A stretch of DNA of 24,000 nt from NCBI GenBank assembly GCA_900604345.1, contig LR026983.1, positions 2,380,882 to 2,404,881 on the forward strand, given 5' to 3'. Shown piece by piece: positions 1 to 7,347 of the stretch (positions are counted from its first letter, which is position 1; each line of letters opens with the position of its first letter). The DNA comes from Maliibacterium massiliense. GTDB lineage: Bacteria > Bacillota > Clostridia > Christensenellales > Maliibacteriaceae. The translations under genes and the position numbers were made by a program. The notes below the pieces were generated by a model that had not been told where the DNA came from, ran no database searches, and saw only the letters and a program-made list of their open reading frames with translations.

Positions 1-94
1 TTGTTTTTATGCGGCAAAAAAAGGCTGCGGCTGCCTACGCTGTGCAGGCAGCGCTGCGCGCCCGTTATGCAATGAGATTTACACGGCTGTGTAG

Positions 95-123
95 TGATAA
101 TGCGCAGGGGTTGTACATATAGT
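95..123 (+). promoter_or_regulatory. Candidate sigma-E-type (mother-cell) promoter of the spoIIIA operon
   Basis: TGATAAT (95-101), 14 nt, CATATAGT (116-123), compared with the sigma-E consensus ZHATAXX-14-CATACAHT. The ATA core and 6/8 of the -10 match. It lies just upstream of the SD AGGGGG (131-136) and ATG 145. Confidence 0.35.
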
Positions 124-144
124 GGGACAAAGGGGGTGGTCTTG

Positions 145-1119
145 ATGATACCAAGCGCATGGACGCAGATGCTGCGCGTGATGCCGCGCGCACTGCAGGC
201 GTGCCTGCAGGCGCTGCCCGAGCAGACGGTCGACGCGCTGGAGGAGGTGCGCATCCGTGCTGGTGCGCCGATTGAACTGGTCTTCCATAAGCAGTCCCTG
301 CAGCAGCGCACGCTGTTGCAGGGGCAGCCCGATGTGGACACATCGCTCTGCCAGCGGCTGATGGAGGGGATATGCCAGCACTCGATCTACGCGGTGGAGG
401 ACCAGCTGCGCCAGGGCTACGTATCGCTGGCGCACGGGCTGCGCGTGGGCGTGGCAGGCCATGTGGTGCTGCGCAAGGGAGAGAGCGTGGCGTTCATCGC
501 GCCGGCCAGCAGCTTCTGCTTCCGCATGGGACGTGCCGTGGCGGGCTGCGCGGACGCGGTGCTGCCCTATGTAAAACAGCTGGGTATGTATGTAAACACG
601 CTGGTGCTCTCACCGCCGCGCGCGGGCAAGACGACACTGCTGCGCGATATGGCGCGCGTCGCCTCCGTGCAGGGCAGGCATGTGGTGTTGGTTGACGAAC
701 GCGGGGAGCTCTCCGGCAGCGAGCAGGGCGTCTCGCAGTTTGACCTGGGCCCCTGCTGCGACGTGCTGGAGGGCGCGCCCAAGGCGGAGGGCATGATGAT
801 GATGATCCGCTCCATGGCGCCGGACATTCTGGTTACCGACGAGATTGGCAGGCAGGAGGACGTCTCGGCGCTGATAGAGGCGTGCAACGCGGGCGTCTGC
901 GTGTTTGCCTCCGCGCACGCCTCCTCGCTCGAAACGGCCAAGGCACGCCCCATGCTGGCCAGCTGCCTTGCGCAGCAGCTGTTCCGGCGCATCGTGGTGC
1001 TCTCACGCCGCCGCGGGGCAGGCACGCTGGAGCAAATCATCGATGCGCAAAGCGGCAGGGACCTGCTGCCCCAGCGCGCGCAGGCGCGCCTGGGCAAGGA
1101 GGCGGTTCCATGTGGGTAA
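145..1119 (+). CDS. spoIIIAA: Stage III sporulation protein AA (SpoIIIAA), AAA+/secretion-type ATPase
   Basis: Walker A motif SPPRAGKTTLLRD, Walker B-like ILVTDEIG, and first position in an eight-gene spoIIIA-like series. The ORF opens at 94, but ATG 145 has the SD AGGGGG 8 nt upstream, and the candidate promoter would lie inside a 94 start. Confidence 0.9.
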   Translation: MIPSAWTQMLRVMPRALQACLQALPEQTVDALEEVRIRAGAPIELVFHKQSLQQRTLLQGQPDVDTSLCQRLMEGICQHSIYAVEDQLRQGYVSLAHGLRVGVAGHVVLRKGESVAFIAPASSFCFRMGRAVAGCADAVLPYVKQLGMYVNTLVLSPPRAGKTTLLRDMARVASVQGRHVVLVDERGELSGSEQGVSQFDLGPCCDVLEGAPKAEGMMMMIRSMAPDILVTDEIGRQEDVSALIEACNAGVCVFASAHASSLETAKARPMLASCLAQQLFRRIVVLSRRRGAGTLEQIIDAQSGRDLLPQRAQARLGKEAVPCG

Positions 1120-1637
1120 AAGCATTGGGCGCGGCGGTGGTGCTTGCGGGCTGCACGCTCATCGGTGTGCTGCGCGCGCGGCGCTACCAGCAGCGCGTGC
1201 AGGTGCTTGCAGACATGCAGCGCACGCTACGCCAGGTGCGCATGCAAGTCTGGCTGCAGGGCGCGCCGCTGTATATGGTGCTTGAACCCATCGCCAGGGA
1301 CGTCTGTGCGCCTGTGGCGCATTTTCTCACCAGCGTGTGCTTTCAGCTATCGGGCAACGCGCAATCCCTGCGGCAGGTCTGGCACAACAACGTACAGGCG
1401 AGCTTTGTGCGCCATAACAGCGCCCTGGGGCTGGAAAAAGAGGATATCGCGCTCATCGATCAGATCGGCACGTATCTGGGCGGCGGGCGCGATGCACAGA
1501 GCGAGGCGCTGGAGCTGCTCGAGCACGCTCTGTCCAAGCGCGTCGAACAGGCGCAGCAGGCGCGCGTGCGCAGCGCACATCTGAGCATCCGTATCGCGGC
1601 GCTGATCGGGGCGATGCTCGCGCTTGCGATTTTGTAA
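1110..1637 (+). CDS. spoIIIAB: Stage III sporulation protein AB (SpoIIIAB)
   Basis: ATG 1110 is preceded by AAGGAGG (1096-1102). N-terminal TM segment MWVKALGAAVVLAGCTLIGVL, about 175 aa. Overlaps the spoIIIAA stop by 10 nt. Position and size fit SpoIIIAB. The longer 882 start lies inside spoIIIAA. Confidence 0.85.
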   Translation: MWVKALGAAVVLAGCTLIGVLRARRYQQRVQVLADMQRTLRQVRMQVWLQGAPLYMVLEPIARDVCAPVAHFLTSVCFQLSGNAQSLRQVWHNNVQASFVRHNSALGLEKEDIALIDQIGTYLGGGRDAQSEALELLEHALSKRVEQAQQARVRSAHLSIRIAALIGAMLALAIL

Positions 1638-1659
1638 ACGAAGGAGGCCGAACAAATAC

Positions 1660-1857
1660 GTGAACGTTGATCTTGTCTTTAAGATAGCGGCCATCGGTAT
1701 CCTGGTCTCCGTACTCAACCAGGTGCTCACGCGCTCGGGCCGCGATGAGATGGCCACGCTCACCACGCTTGCGGGGCTGGTGATCGTGCTGATGATGGTG
1801 ATCAATCTCATCGGCGACCTGTTTGAGAGCGTCAAAACCATCTTCCAGCTCTACTAG
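1660..1857 (+). CDS. spoIIIAC: Stage III sporulation protein AC (SpoIIIAC), small 2-TM protein
   Basis: GTG 1660 follows AAGGAGG (1641-1647). 65 aa: VNVDLVFKIAAIGILVSVLNQVLTRSGRDEMATL...IFQLY, the typical SpoIIIAC sequence pattern and size. Confidence 0.85.
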   Translation: MNVDLVFKIAAIGILVSVLNQVLTRSGRDEMATLTTLAGLVIVLMMVINLIGDLFESVKTIFQLY

Positions 1858-1899
1858 CTTGGGGCAGCATACAAAAGCGGAAAGGCGGCGGTGCCGTAC

Positions 1900-2295
1900 A
1901 TGGAGATCTTTCAGGTAGCAGCCATCGTGATACTGGCCGCCACCATCGCGCTGACGCTGCGCCAGCAGCGCCCTGAGATGGCGCTGCTGCTCACGCTTGC
2001 CACAGGCGTGCTGATCTTCTTTATGCTGCTGCCCGCCCTGCGCGCCGCGGTGGAAGCTACGCGCAGCGTGGCTGATCAGGTGACGGGGCTTTCAACCATC
2101 GCGTTTGCGGTGCTGCGCATGCTGGGTATCGCCTATATCTCGGAGTATGGGGCCCAGCTCTGCCGTGACGCGGGCGAACGCGCGCTTGCGGGCAAGATGG
2201 AGATGGGTGGCCGGGTGCTGATCCTTGCGATGGCAACCCCCTTTATCAGCGCGATTCTGCAGGCGGCGCTCGCGCTTCTGGGGAACGGGTCATGA
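1900..2295 (+). CDS. spoIIIAD: Stage III sporulation protein AD (SpoIIIAD), membrane protein
   Basis: MEIFQVAAIVILAATIALTLRQQRPEMALLL... and the conserved GIAYISEYGAQLCRDAGE block resemble SpoIIIAD. An alternative in-frame GTG is at 1891. The stop overlaps the spoIIIAE ATG (ATGA at 2292-2295). Confidence 0.85.
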   Translation: MEIFQVAAIVILAATIALTLRQQRPEMALLLTLATGVLIFFMLLPALRAAVEATRSVADQVTGLSTIAFAVLRMLGIAYISEYGAQLCRDAGERALAGKMEMGGRVLILAMATPFISAILQAALALLGNGS

Positions 2296-3521
2296 GGCGG
2301 GGCGGATGGCTTAGGCGCGCGCTGCTGGCGTTGCTGCTCGGCGTGTTGCTCTGGCCGGGCGCCGGCGCGCTTGCCTGGGATGGGGAGGAACCCACGCCCC
2401 AGCCCACAGGGGAGGACGCCCAGCAGCAGCTGGAGGAGGCGCTGCGCGAACAGGCCGATATCCTAGACGTATCCCAGATGGAGCAGGCGCTTTTGCAGAT
2501 GGACGAGCGCAGCAGGGAGGCACTGGGGATCAAGGACTTCGGCAGCATGATGCTGGACGTGGCCACGGGCCGGTTTTTGTTTGACGGACAGGCGTTTCTG
2601 CAAAAGGCGGGCGGGCTGCTCGCCCGTGAGGTGCGCAGCAACCTAGCTTTTATCACTGGCGTGCTGGGCATCGGCCTGATCTGCGGCCTGCTGCAGCAGC
2701 TCAAGGATGGCCTCTCCGCGCAAGGGGCGGGACGCATTGCCTACATGGCCTGCTATGCGCTGATCATGGTGCTGGTGATGCAGCGCGTGACCGTGCTTGT
2801 GGGCATGGCGCGCGAGGTGGTGCTCGCCCTGAGCCATTGGATGACGCTGCTGATGCCCGTGCTGCTGCTGCTTTTAAGCACCATGGGCGCGGCCGTCTCC
2901 TCGGGCGTGTTCCAACCCATCACGGTGCTGATGAGCAACGTGGTGCGCGTGGTAATGGTGGACGTCATGTTGCCACTGACATTGTCAACCAGCGCGTTGA
3001 CGGCGGTCAACCGTCTGGGCGAGCAGCCACGCTTTGAAAAAATGGTGCATTTTTTACAATCGCTCATTAAGTGGGGGCTGGGTATTACGTTTACCCTGTT
3101 CGTAGGTACGCTCACCATCCAGGGCATGGCGGCCGCCTCCTTCGACGGCCTGAGCATGCGCACTATGAAGTTTACATTATCTAACATGGTGCCCATCGTT
3201 GGCAGCGTGGTCTCCGACTCGCTCGATACGCTCATCGGCTGCTCCATGCTGCTGAAAAACGGCGTGGGCATCACGGGGGTGATCATCGCGCTGTGCGCGT
3301 GCCTGCTGCCCGTGATGCGCATCGGTATTACGATCCTGGGCCTGCGGCTGTGCGCGGCGGTGCTGCAGCCCGTATCAAGCGGGCCGGTGGTGCAGTGCCT
3401 GGAGGAGATGAGCAAGGTGCTGCAGCTGCTTTTCAGCATCGTGGTGGCAGTGGCGATGATGTTTTTCCTGGCGATATCGCTGGTGGTGGCGGCGGGCAAC
3501 ACCGCCTTTATGATGAGGTGA
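2292..3521 (+). CDS. spoIIIAE: Stage III sporulation protein AE (SpoIIIAE), polytopic membrane protein
   Basis: 409 aa with a signal-like N-terminus, a soluble acidic segment, then many TM helices. Fifth gene of the spoIIIA series, with size and topology as expected. Confidence 0.85.
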   Translation: MRRGGWLRRALLALLLGVLLWPGAGALAWDGEEPTPQPTGEDAQQQLEEALREQADILDVSQMEQALLQMDERSREALGIKDFGSMMLDVATGRFLFDGQAFLQKAGGLLAREVRSNLAFITGVLGIGLICGLLQQLKDGLSAQGAGRIAYMACYALIMVLVMQRVTVLVGMAREVVLALSHWMTLLMPVLLLLLSTMGAAVSSGVFQPITVLMSNVVRVVMVDVMLPLTLSTSALTAVNRLGEQPRFEKMVHFLQSLIKWGLGITFTLFVGTLTIQGMAAASFDGLSMRTMKFTLSNMVPIVGSVVSDSLDTLIGCSMLLKNGVGITGVIIALCACLLPVMRIGITILGLRLCAAVLQPVSSGPVVQCLEEMSKVLQLLFSIVVAVAMMFFLAISLVVAAGNTAFMMR

Positions 3522-3528
3522 GGCGCGT

Positions 3529-4050
3529 ATGTGGTGGAGCTGGATACGGGATGTGGTGGCACTGGGCGTGCTGGCCGCGTGGGTGGATATGGCCGCGCCG
3601 CCGGGGAGGATACGCAAGGTGGTGATGTATGTGCTGGGGGTAGCCATCGCCGCGGCGATCATTACGCCCCTGGGCGATATGATCGGCAGGTTGGACAATA
3701 TAGACGATACACAGGCCGCGGCCGTGTATGCTGAGGGAGGCGCGCAGCGCGCGTCTTTGGTAGTATCCCCCAAAGAGAAGACGCAGTTTGAAAACACCGT
3801 GGCCTATCAGGTGGCACGGTGGCTTGAAGCACAGACGGGCGAGGAGGGATTTGTGGTGCACGTCATGGCAAAGACAGGGGAAAACGGGGTGCTGCAGGTG
3901 ATGGACATCGAGGTGCTTTATCCCATGCTGCCCGCCGAGCCGCTGGAGGCGTCGGCGGTAAAAATCAAGCGGGAAAAAGCGGCCGGCAGCATAAAAAATA
4001 CACTATCTCGAATATATAACATCGAGACGCAGCATATCGTATTTATGTAA
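3529..4050 (+). CDS. spoIIIAF: Stage III sporulation protein AF (SpoIIIAF)
   Basis: SD GAGGTGAGG (3515-3523) precedes ATG 3529. Two N-terminal TM helices (MWWSWIRDVVALGVLAAWVDM..., VVMYVLGVAIAAAIITPL) and a soluble C-terminal domain. Sixth position in the operon. Confidence 0.8.
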   Translation: MWWSWIRDVVALGVLAAWVDMAAPPGRIRKVVMYVLGVAIAAAIITPLGDMIGRLDNIDDTQAAAVYAEGGAQRASLVVSPKEKTQFENTVAYQVARWLEAQTGEEGFVVHVMAKTGENGVLQVMDIEVLYPMLPAEPLEASAVKIKREKAAGSIKNTLSRIYNIETQHIVFM

Positions 4051-4068
4051 GTGAAGGGATGGGGGGAG

Positions 4069-4689
4069 ATGGAACAGCAAGACATGCAGTTGGAGCAGCA
4101 GGCGCAGCAGCAAAGCGGCTGGAAGAAGCGCCTCGACAAGCTCAAAGGCAAGGGCGGCATGGAGATTGTCATCGCGATCATCGTGCTTGCGGTCATTCTC
4201 ATCATCTACGCGTCCTCCTGGAAAAAGCCCGCGTCTGGCGCGCGGCAAGACACAGAGCCGTCCCAGCAGGACAGCGCGCCGTCCAGCGAGGCGGGCGACG
4301 CTCAGGAGCAGAAGCTTGAGGCGCTCCTGTCACAGATGGCGGGCGCGGGCCAGGTGCGGGTGATGATCACCTACGAATCGGGGCCCGAGATCGTGCCGGC
4401 GCTCTCCAGCGAGCGCCAGTCCAACGAAACGGAGGATGGCGCGCGCGCCACGCGCGCCACCACCGAAAGCGAACGCCCCGCCACGCAGTCGGGCGACGGC
4501 GCGGCGCTCGTGCTCAAGGAGATGGCGCCCCAGGTCAAGGGGGTGGTCATCCTGGCGGAGGGCGCGAAGGATATCGCCGTGCGCATGAATCTGCTGCAGG
4601 CGGCGCAGACCGTGCTGCAGGTGGACGCAAACCGCGTGGAAGTGTTCTGCATGCAGCAGAACGACGGCGCGCAACAGCAGCAACCATAA
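4069..4689 (+). CDS. spoIIIAG: Stage III sporulation protein AG (SpoIIIAG), ring-forming component of the feeding-tube channel
   Basis: ATG 4069 is preceded by GGGGGGAG. An alternative GTG is at 4051. One TM helix (IVIAIIVLAVILIIY), a Q/E/S-rich linker, and C-terminal GQVRVMITYESGPEIVPA...VKGVVILAEGAKDIAVRMNLLQAAQTVLQV, typical of SpoIIIAG. Confidence 0.85.
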   Translation: MEQQDMQLEQQAQQQSGWKKRLDKLKGKGGMEIVIAIIVLAVILIIYASSWKKPASGARQDTEPSQQDSAPSSEAGDAQEQKLEALLSQMAGAGQVRVMITYESGPEIVPALSSERQSNETEDGARATRATTESERPATQSGDGAALVLKEMAPQVKGVVILAEGAKDIAVRMNLLQAAQTVLQVDANRVEVFCMQQNDGAQQQQP

Positions 4690-4707
4690 GGAGGGTATCA
4701 TACGAAC

Positions 4708-5370
4708 ATGAAAAAACGCTTGAATCAGAAAACCGTGATCCTCATTGCCATGACGGCGCTGCTCGTCGTCACCGGCGCGCTGAGCATCAAGTATAATCAG
4801 GATAACCCAACGGTCAATGTAAACAGCACGCTGACGCCCAAGCTCTCCGCCTCGCCCAGCGCAGGCGTGCCGTCCCCCAGCGCTAGCGGGCCCAGTGCCG
4901 CGGCGAGCCCTGCCGCCAGCCCCTCGGCAGGCGCGTCGCCCAGCGCCGGGGCCACGCCCAGCCCCAGCGTCTCCCAGCAGGCCCAGGGCGAGCAGGGCAA
5001 CGGCGAGGCGTCCCAGTCGGTAGGTACCTTCTTTGCGGATTTCCGCACCGAGCGCAACAGCGTGCGCGCCCAGGAGGTGGAGTACCTCGACTCCATCATC
5101 AACAACCAGTCCTCGGAAAAGGACGTGGTGGCCCAGGCGCAGCAGGAGAAATTGGCGCTGACCAAGTACATGGAAAAAGAGGTCACCATTGAGGGGCTGC
5201 TCAAGGCCAAGGGATTCAGCGACGCCATCGTCACCCTGCATGAGGGATCGGTCAACGTGGTAGTAGGCGCAAGCAAGCTGGAGGACGCGCAGGTGGCGCA
5301 GATTCTGGATATCGTCAAGCGCGAGTCGGGCGAAAAGGCGGAGAATATCAAGATCATCCCGGCGGCATAA
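4708..5370 (+). CDS. spoIIIAH: Stage III sporulation protein AH (SpoIIIAH)
   Basis: SD AAGGAGGG (4688-4695). N-terminal anchor MKKRLNQKTVILIAMTALLVVTGAL, a Pro/Ser/Ala-rich linker, and a C-terminal domain ...GFSDAIVTLHEGSVNVVVGASKL...IKIIP. Last gene of the series, followed by a terminator. Confidence 0.85.
   Translation: MKKRLNQKTVILIAMTALLVVTGALSIKYNQDNPTVNVNSTLTPKLSASPSAGVPSPSASGPSAAASPAASPSAGASPSAGATPSPSVSQQAQGEQGNGEASQSVGTFFADFRTERNSVRAQEVEYLDSIINNQSSEKDVVAQAQQEKLALTKYMEKEVTIEGLLKAKGFSDAIVTLHEGSVNVVVGASKLEDAQVAQILDIVKRESGEKAENIKIIPAA
4846..4974 (+). repeat. Low-complexity S/P/A/G-rich imperfect repeat tract encoding the SpoIIIAH linker
   Basis: Encodes SASPSAGVPSPSASGPSAAASPAASPSAGASPSAGATPSPSVS. 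At DNA level TCGCCCAGCGC recurs at about 4851 and about 4935. Confidence 0.7.
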
Positions 5371-5413
5371 CTGCGCGCGCGGGCTCATACAATACAATAC
5401 CGGTACCACACAG

Positions 5414-5447
5414 CGGGGAAATGATGCGCGTATTTCCCCGTTTCGTG
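5414..5447 (+). terminator. Rho-independent terminator after spoIIIAH
   Basis: Perfect 9-bp stem CGGGGAAAT (5414-5422) / ATTTCCCCG (5432-5440), 9-nt loop, then TTTCGTGTGT. Confidence 0.7.
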
Positions 5448-5482
5448 TGTCTGTCAGGGGGGAAGCGAAGTTTTAGAAAGAA

Positions 5483-5511
5483 TTGATAACGCCTGGAAAC
5501 TTTGATATAAT
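5483..5511 (+). promoter_or_regulatory. Sigma-A-type promoter (extended -10) for asp23
   Basis: TTGATA (5483-5488), 17 nt, TGaTATAAT (5503-5511). About 30 nt upstream of the SD GAGGAGG (5529-5535). Confidence 0.7.
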
Positions 5512-5544
5512 AATCCAAAACGGATTATGAGGAGGCCGACACAA

Positions 5545-5964
5545 GTGGCTGAGAATAATGTGACGGAAGTCAAAAAATCTGAACAGAACGGGCAAATCTC
5601 CTTTGCCGATGACGTTATCGCGATCATTGCGGGGCTTGCCACCATTGAAATCGAAGGCGTGGTCGCGATGAGCGGCGGCGTGGCCGACGGCATTGCCGAG
5701 ATGCTGGGCCGCAAAAACCTGACGCGCGGCGTCAAGGTGGAAGTGGGCAACGAGGAGGCTGCCATCGATCTTGCCATCATCGGCGAGTACGGCGCCAAGC
5801 TCCCCGAGGTCTGCTGCAAGGTGCAGGAGAACGTCCGCAAGGCGGTGGAGACCATGACGGGCCTGCACGTGGTGGAGGTCAATATAAGCGTATTGGGCGT
5901 CAACACGGAGAAAAAGCCCAAGGAGCCCGCCGAAGCGCAGCAAAATGCCGGGCGCGTTCGTTAA
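5545..5964 (+). CDS. asp23: Asp23/Gls24-family alkaline shock protein
   Basis: ISFADDVIAIIAGLATIEIEGVVAMSGG...GVKVEVGNEEAAIDLAIIGEYGAKLPEVCCKVQENVRKAVETMTGLHVVEVNISV is a classical Asp23 (DUF322) pattern. GTG 5545 is 9 nt after GAGGAGG. The ORF also has an in-frame ATG at 5527 that overlaps that SD. Confidence 0.85.
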   Translation: MAENNVTEVKKSEQNGQISFADDVIAIIAGLATIEIEGVVAMSGGVADGIAEMLGRKNLTRGVKVEVGNEEAAIDLAIIGEYGAKLPEVCCKVQENVRKAVETMTGLHVVEVNISVLGVNTEKKPKEPAEAQQNAGRVR

Positions 5965-5978
5965 ATGAGGCAAAAAGG

Positions 5979-6008
5979 CCCTCTGATGCTCCATCAGAGG
6001 GTTATTGC
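5979..6008 (+). terminator. Hairpin (terminator or attenuator) between asp23 and the amaP-like gene
   Basis: Perfect 10-bp stem CCCTCTGATG (5979-5988) / CATCAGAGGG (5992-6001), 3-nt loop, followed by TTATTGCT (weak U tract). Confidence 0.5.
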
Positions 6009-6060
6009 TATACAGGGCTTTTAAAAGCTTGCAATACAAGAACTGTGAGGAGGACAAGCT

Positions 6061-6633
6061 ATGAAGTTGGGTTTTGGTCGCCGCCTCTGCCTGGTGGTGC
6101 TGATGCTTGCGTGCATCGCGCTTTCTCTTGCGGCAATTGCGCTGGTTTGGTACGCGCCGCTCTATGATTTGGTGCTGGACTACGCCACGCGCATGGTGAT
6201 TCCCTGGTATGTCGCGGCCATCGTCACGGCAGTGGCGCTGGCGGCGCTTGTGATGGCGTTTGTCCTTCTGTTTATGGGCGCGCGCAAGAAGACGCCCGAG
6301 GATATCCTGGTACGCAGCGACGAGGGTGGCAAGGTCATCATCTCTACCCAGGCGGTATCGGCTTTGGTGCAGAGCGCGGTGAAGCCCATCGCTGAGCTGC
6401 GGGATATGCGCGTGCGCATCCTGCCGCGCGAGCGCAGCGTGGATATTGAGATGAAGGTTATCGTGCGCCCTGAGACGGATATCCCCGCTGTGACGGAGAA
6501 GATGCAGCAGGATATCAGGTCCTATGTCGGCGCGCATACCGGCATCGGCGTGGGCACGGTCAACATCGCGGTGGTGGCGTCGCCGGCGCAGGGTGAGGAA
6601 GTTTCCCTCAGTGCGGCCGCCCGCGTCAGATAA
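6061..6633 (+). CDS. Alkaline shock response membrane anchor protein (AmaP-like)
   Basis: 190 aa with two N-terminal TM helices, then a soluble domain with Asp23-like repeats of charged and hydrophobic residues (VIISTQAVSALVQSAV...VDIEMKVIVRPETDIPAVTEKMQQDIRSYV). SD GAGGAGG upstream. The asp23-adjacent position is typical of AmaP. Confidence 0.6.
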   Translation: MKLGFGRRLCLVVLMLACIALSLAAIALVWYAPLYDLVLDYATRMVIPWYVAAIVTAVALAALVMAFVLLFMGARKKTPEDILVRSDEGGKVIISTQAVSALVQSAVKPIAELRDMRVRILPRERSVDIEMKVIVRPETDIPAVTEKMQQDIRSYVGAHTGIGVGTVNIAVVASPAQGEEVSLSAAARVR

Positions 6634-6645
6634 GGGGGAGAGCGC

Positions 6646-6882
6646 ATGGGCGAAAAGTGGTTGACGTTCTTTCGAGAGAACAAAAGCAAGGTCATCGGCG
6701 CGCTCATCGGCCTTGCGATCGGCATCATCATACTGAGCATTGGTTTCTGGCGCACGCTGTTCCTGGCGCTCTGCGTGGGCGTGGGCTACGCGCTGGGCAT
6801 CGCCTTTACCTCCGAGAGCAACCTGGGGCACGCGCTGCGCAGGATCTTTCACATAAGAAAGAGGAACACATTCGATGAGTAG
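6646..6882 (+). CDS. Small integral membrane protein, DUF2273-like (Asp23 operon partner)
   Basis: 78 aa: FFRENKSKVIGALIGLAIGIIILSIGFWRTLFLALCVGVGYALG, two TM helices. SD GGGGGAG upstream. Usual companion of asp23/amaP. Confidence 0.6.
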   Translation: MGEKWLTFFRENKSKVIGALIGLAIGIIILSIGFWRTLFLALCVGVGYALGIAFTSESNLGHALRRIFHIRKRNTFDE

Positions 6883-7342
6883 AACGATGGCACGGGAGTC
6901 CGCAATGCGTCTTGTATACCAGTGGGCCATGGCAGGCGGCCCTTGGGAGGAAGTGCTCGCCCAGTCCATGGAAGATGTGCGGCTCAACCCGCTGGACTTG
7001 CTCTATGTCAAGGATACCATGGAGGGCGTGCAGGCGTATATCGACCAGATTGACAGCTACATTACCCAGATGAGCCGCTCCTGGCGCATCGAGCGCATGG
7101 CAAAGGTGGACCTCGCCGTGTTGCGGGTGGCTACCTACGAGCTGTGCTTCCGGCAGGATATCCCCGATTCGGTAGCCATCAACGAGGCGGTAGAGCTCTC
7201 CAAGCGCTACAGCGCGCCCGAGGCGTCCGCGTTTGTCAACGGCATTCTCTCCTCGCTGGTCAAAAGCAGGGATGCGGGCGAACTAAAGAGCGCGGCGCAG
7301 ATGCAGCAGGCGTCGCGGGATGCGCAGCAGAAGGAGCAATAA
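6875..7342 (+). CDS. nusB: Transcription antitermination factor NusB
   Basis: MSRTMARESAMRLVYQW...RMAKVDLAVLRVATYELCFRQDIPDSVAINEAVELSKRYSAPEASAFVNGIL is the canonical NusB pattern. Overlaps the preceding gene by 8 nt. Confidence 0.9.
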   Translation: MSRTMARESAMRLVYQWAMAGGPWEEVLAQSMEDVRLNPLDLLYVKDTMEGVQAYIDQIDSYITQMSRSWRIERMAKVDLAVLRVATYELCFRQDIPDSVAINEAVELSKRYSAPEASAFVNGILSSLVKSRDAGELKSAAQMQQASRDAQQKEQ

Positions 7343-7347
7343 CGGCC

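Noticed and set aside
1-60. 7-bp hairpin GCTGCCT (30-36) / AGGCAGC (46-52) flanked by an A-run (16-22), plus the leading TTGTTTTT
   Set aside because: On the plus strand it lacks a downstream U tract. On the minus strand the T-run is 7 nt away from a short stem and there is no minus-strand gene to terminate. The leading T-run may belong to a terminator whose stem lies outside the window, which cannot be evaluated.
882-1109. Long N-terminal extensions offered by the ORF track (882 for spoIIIAB, 7144 for the Kae1-like gene, 10546 for ispA, 15132 for tlyA, 16909 for argR, 19920 for spoIVB)
   Set aside because: The extensions overlap the preceding gene in another frame and encode Arg/Ala/Gly-rich junk. 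Each is superseded by an internal start with a proper SD or a stop-start overlap, where family-like sequence begins.
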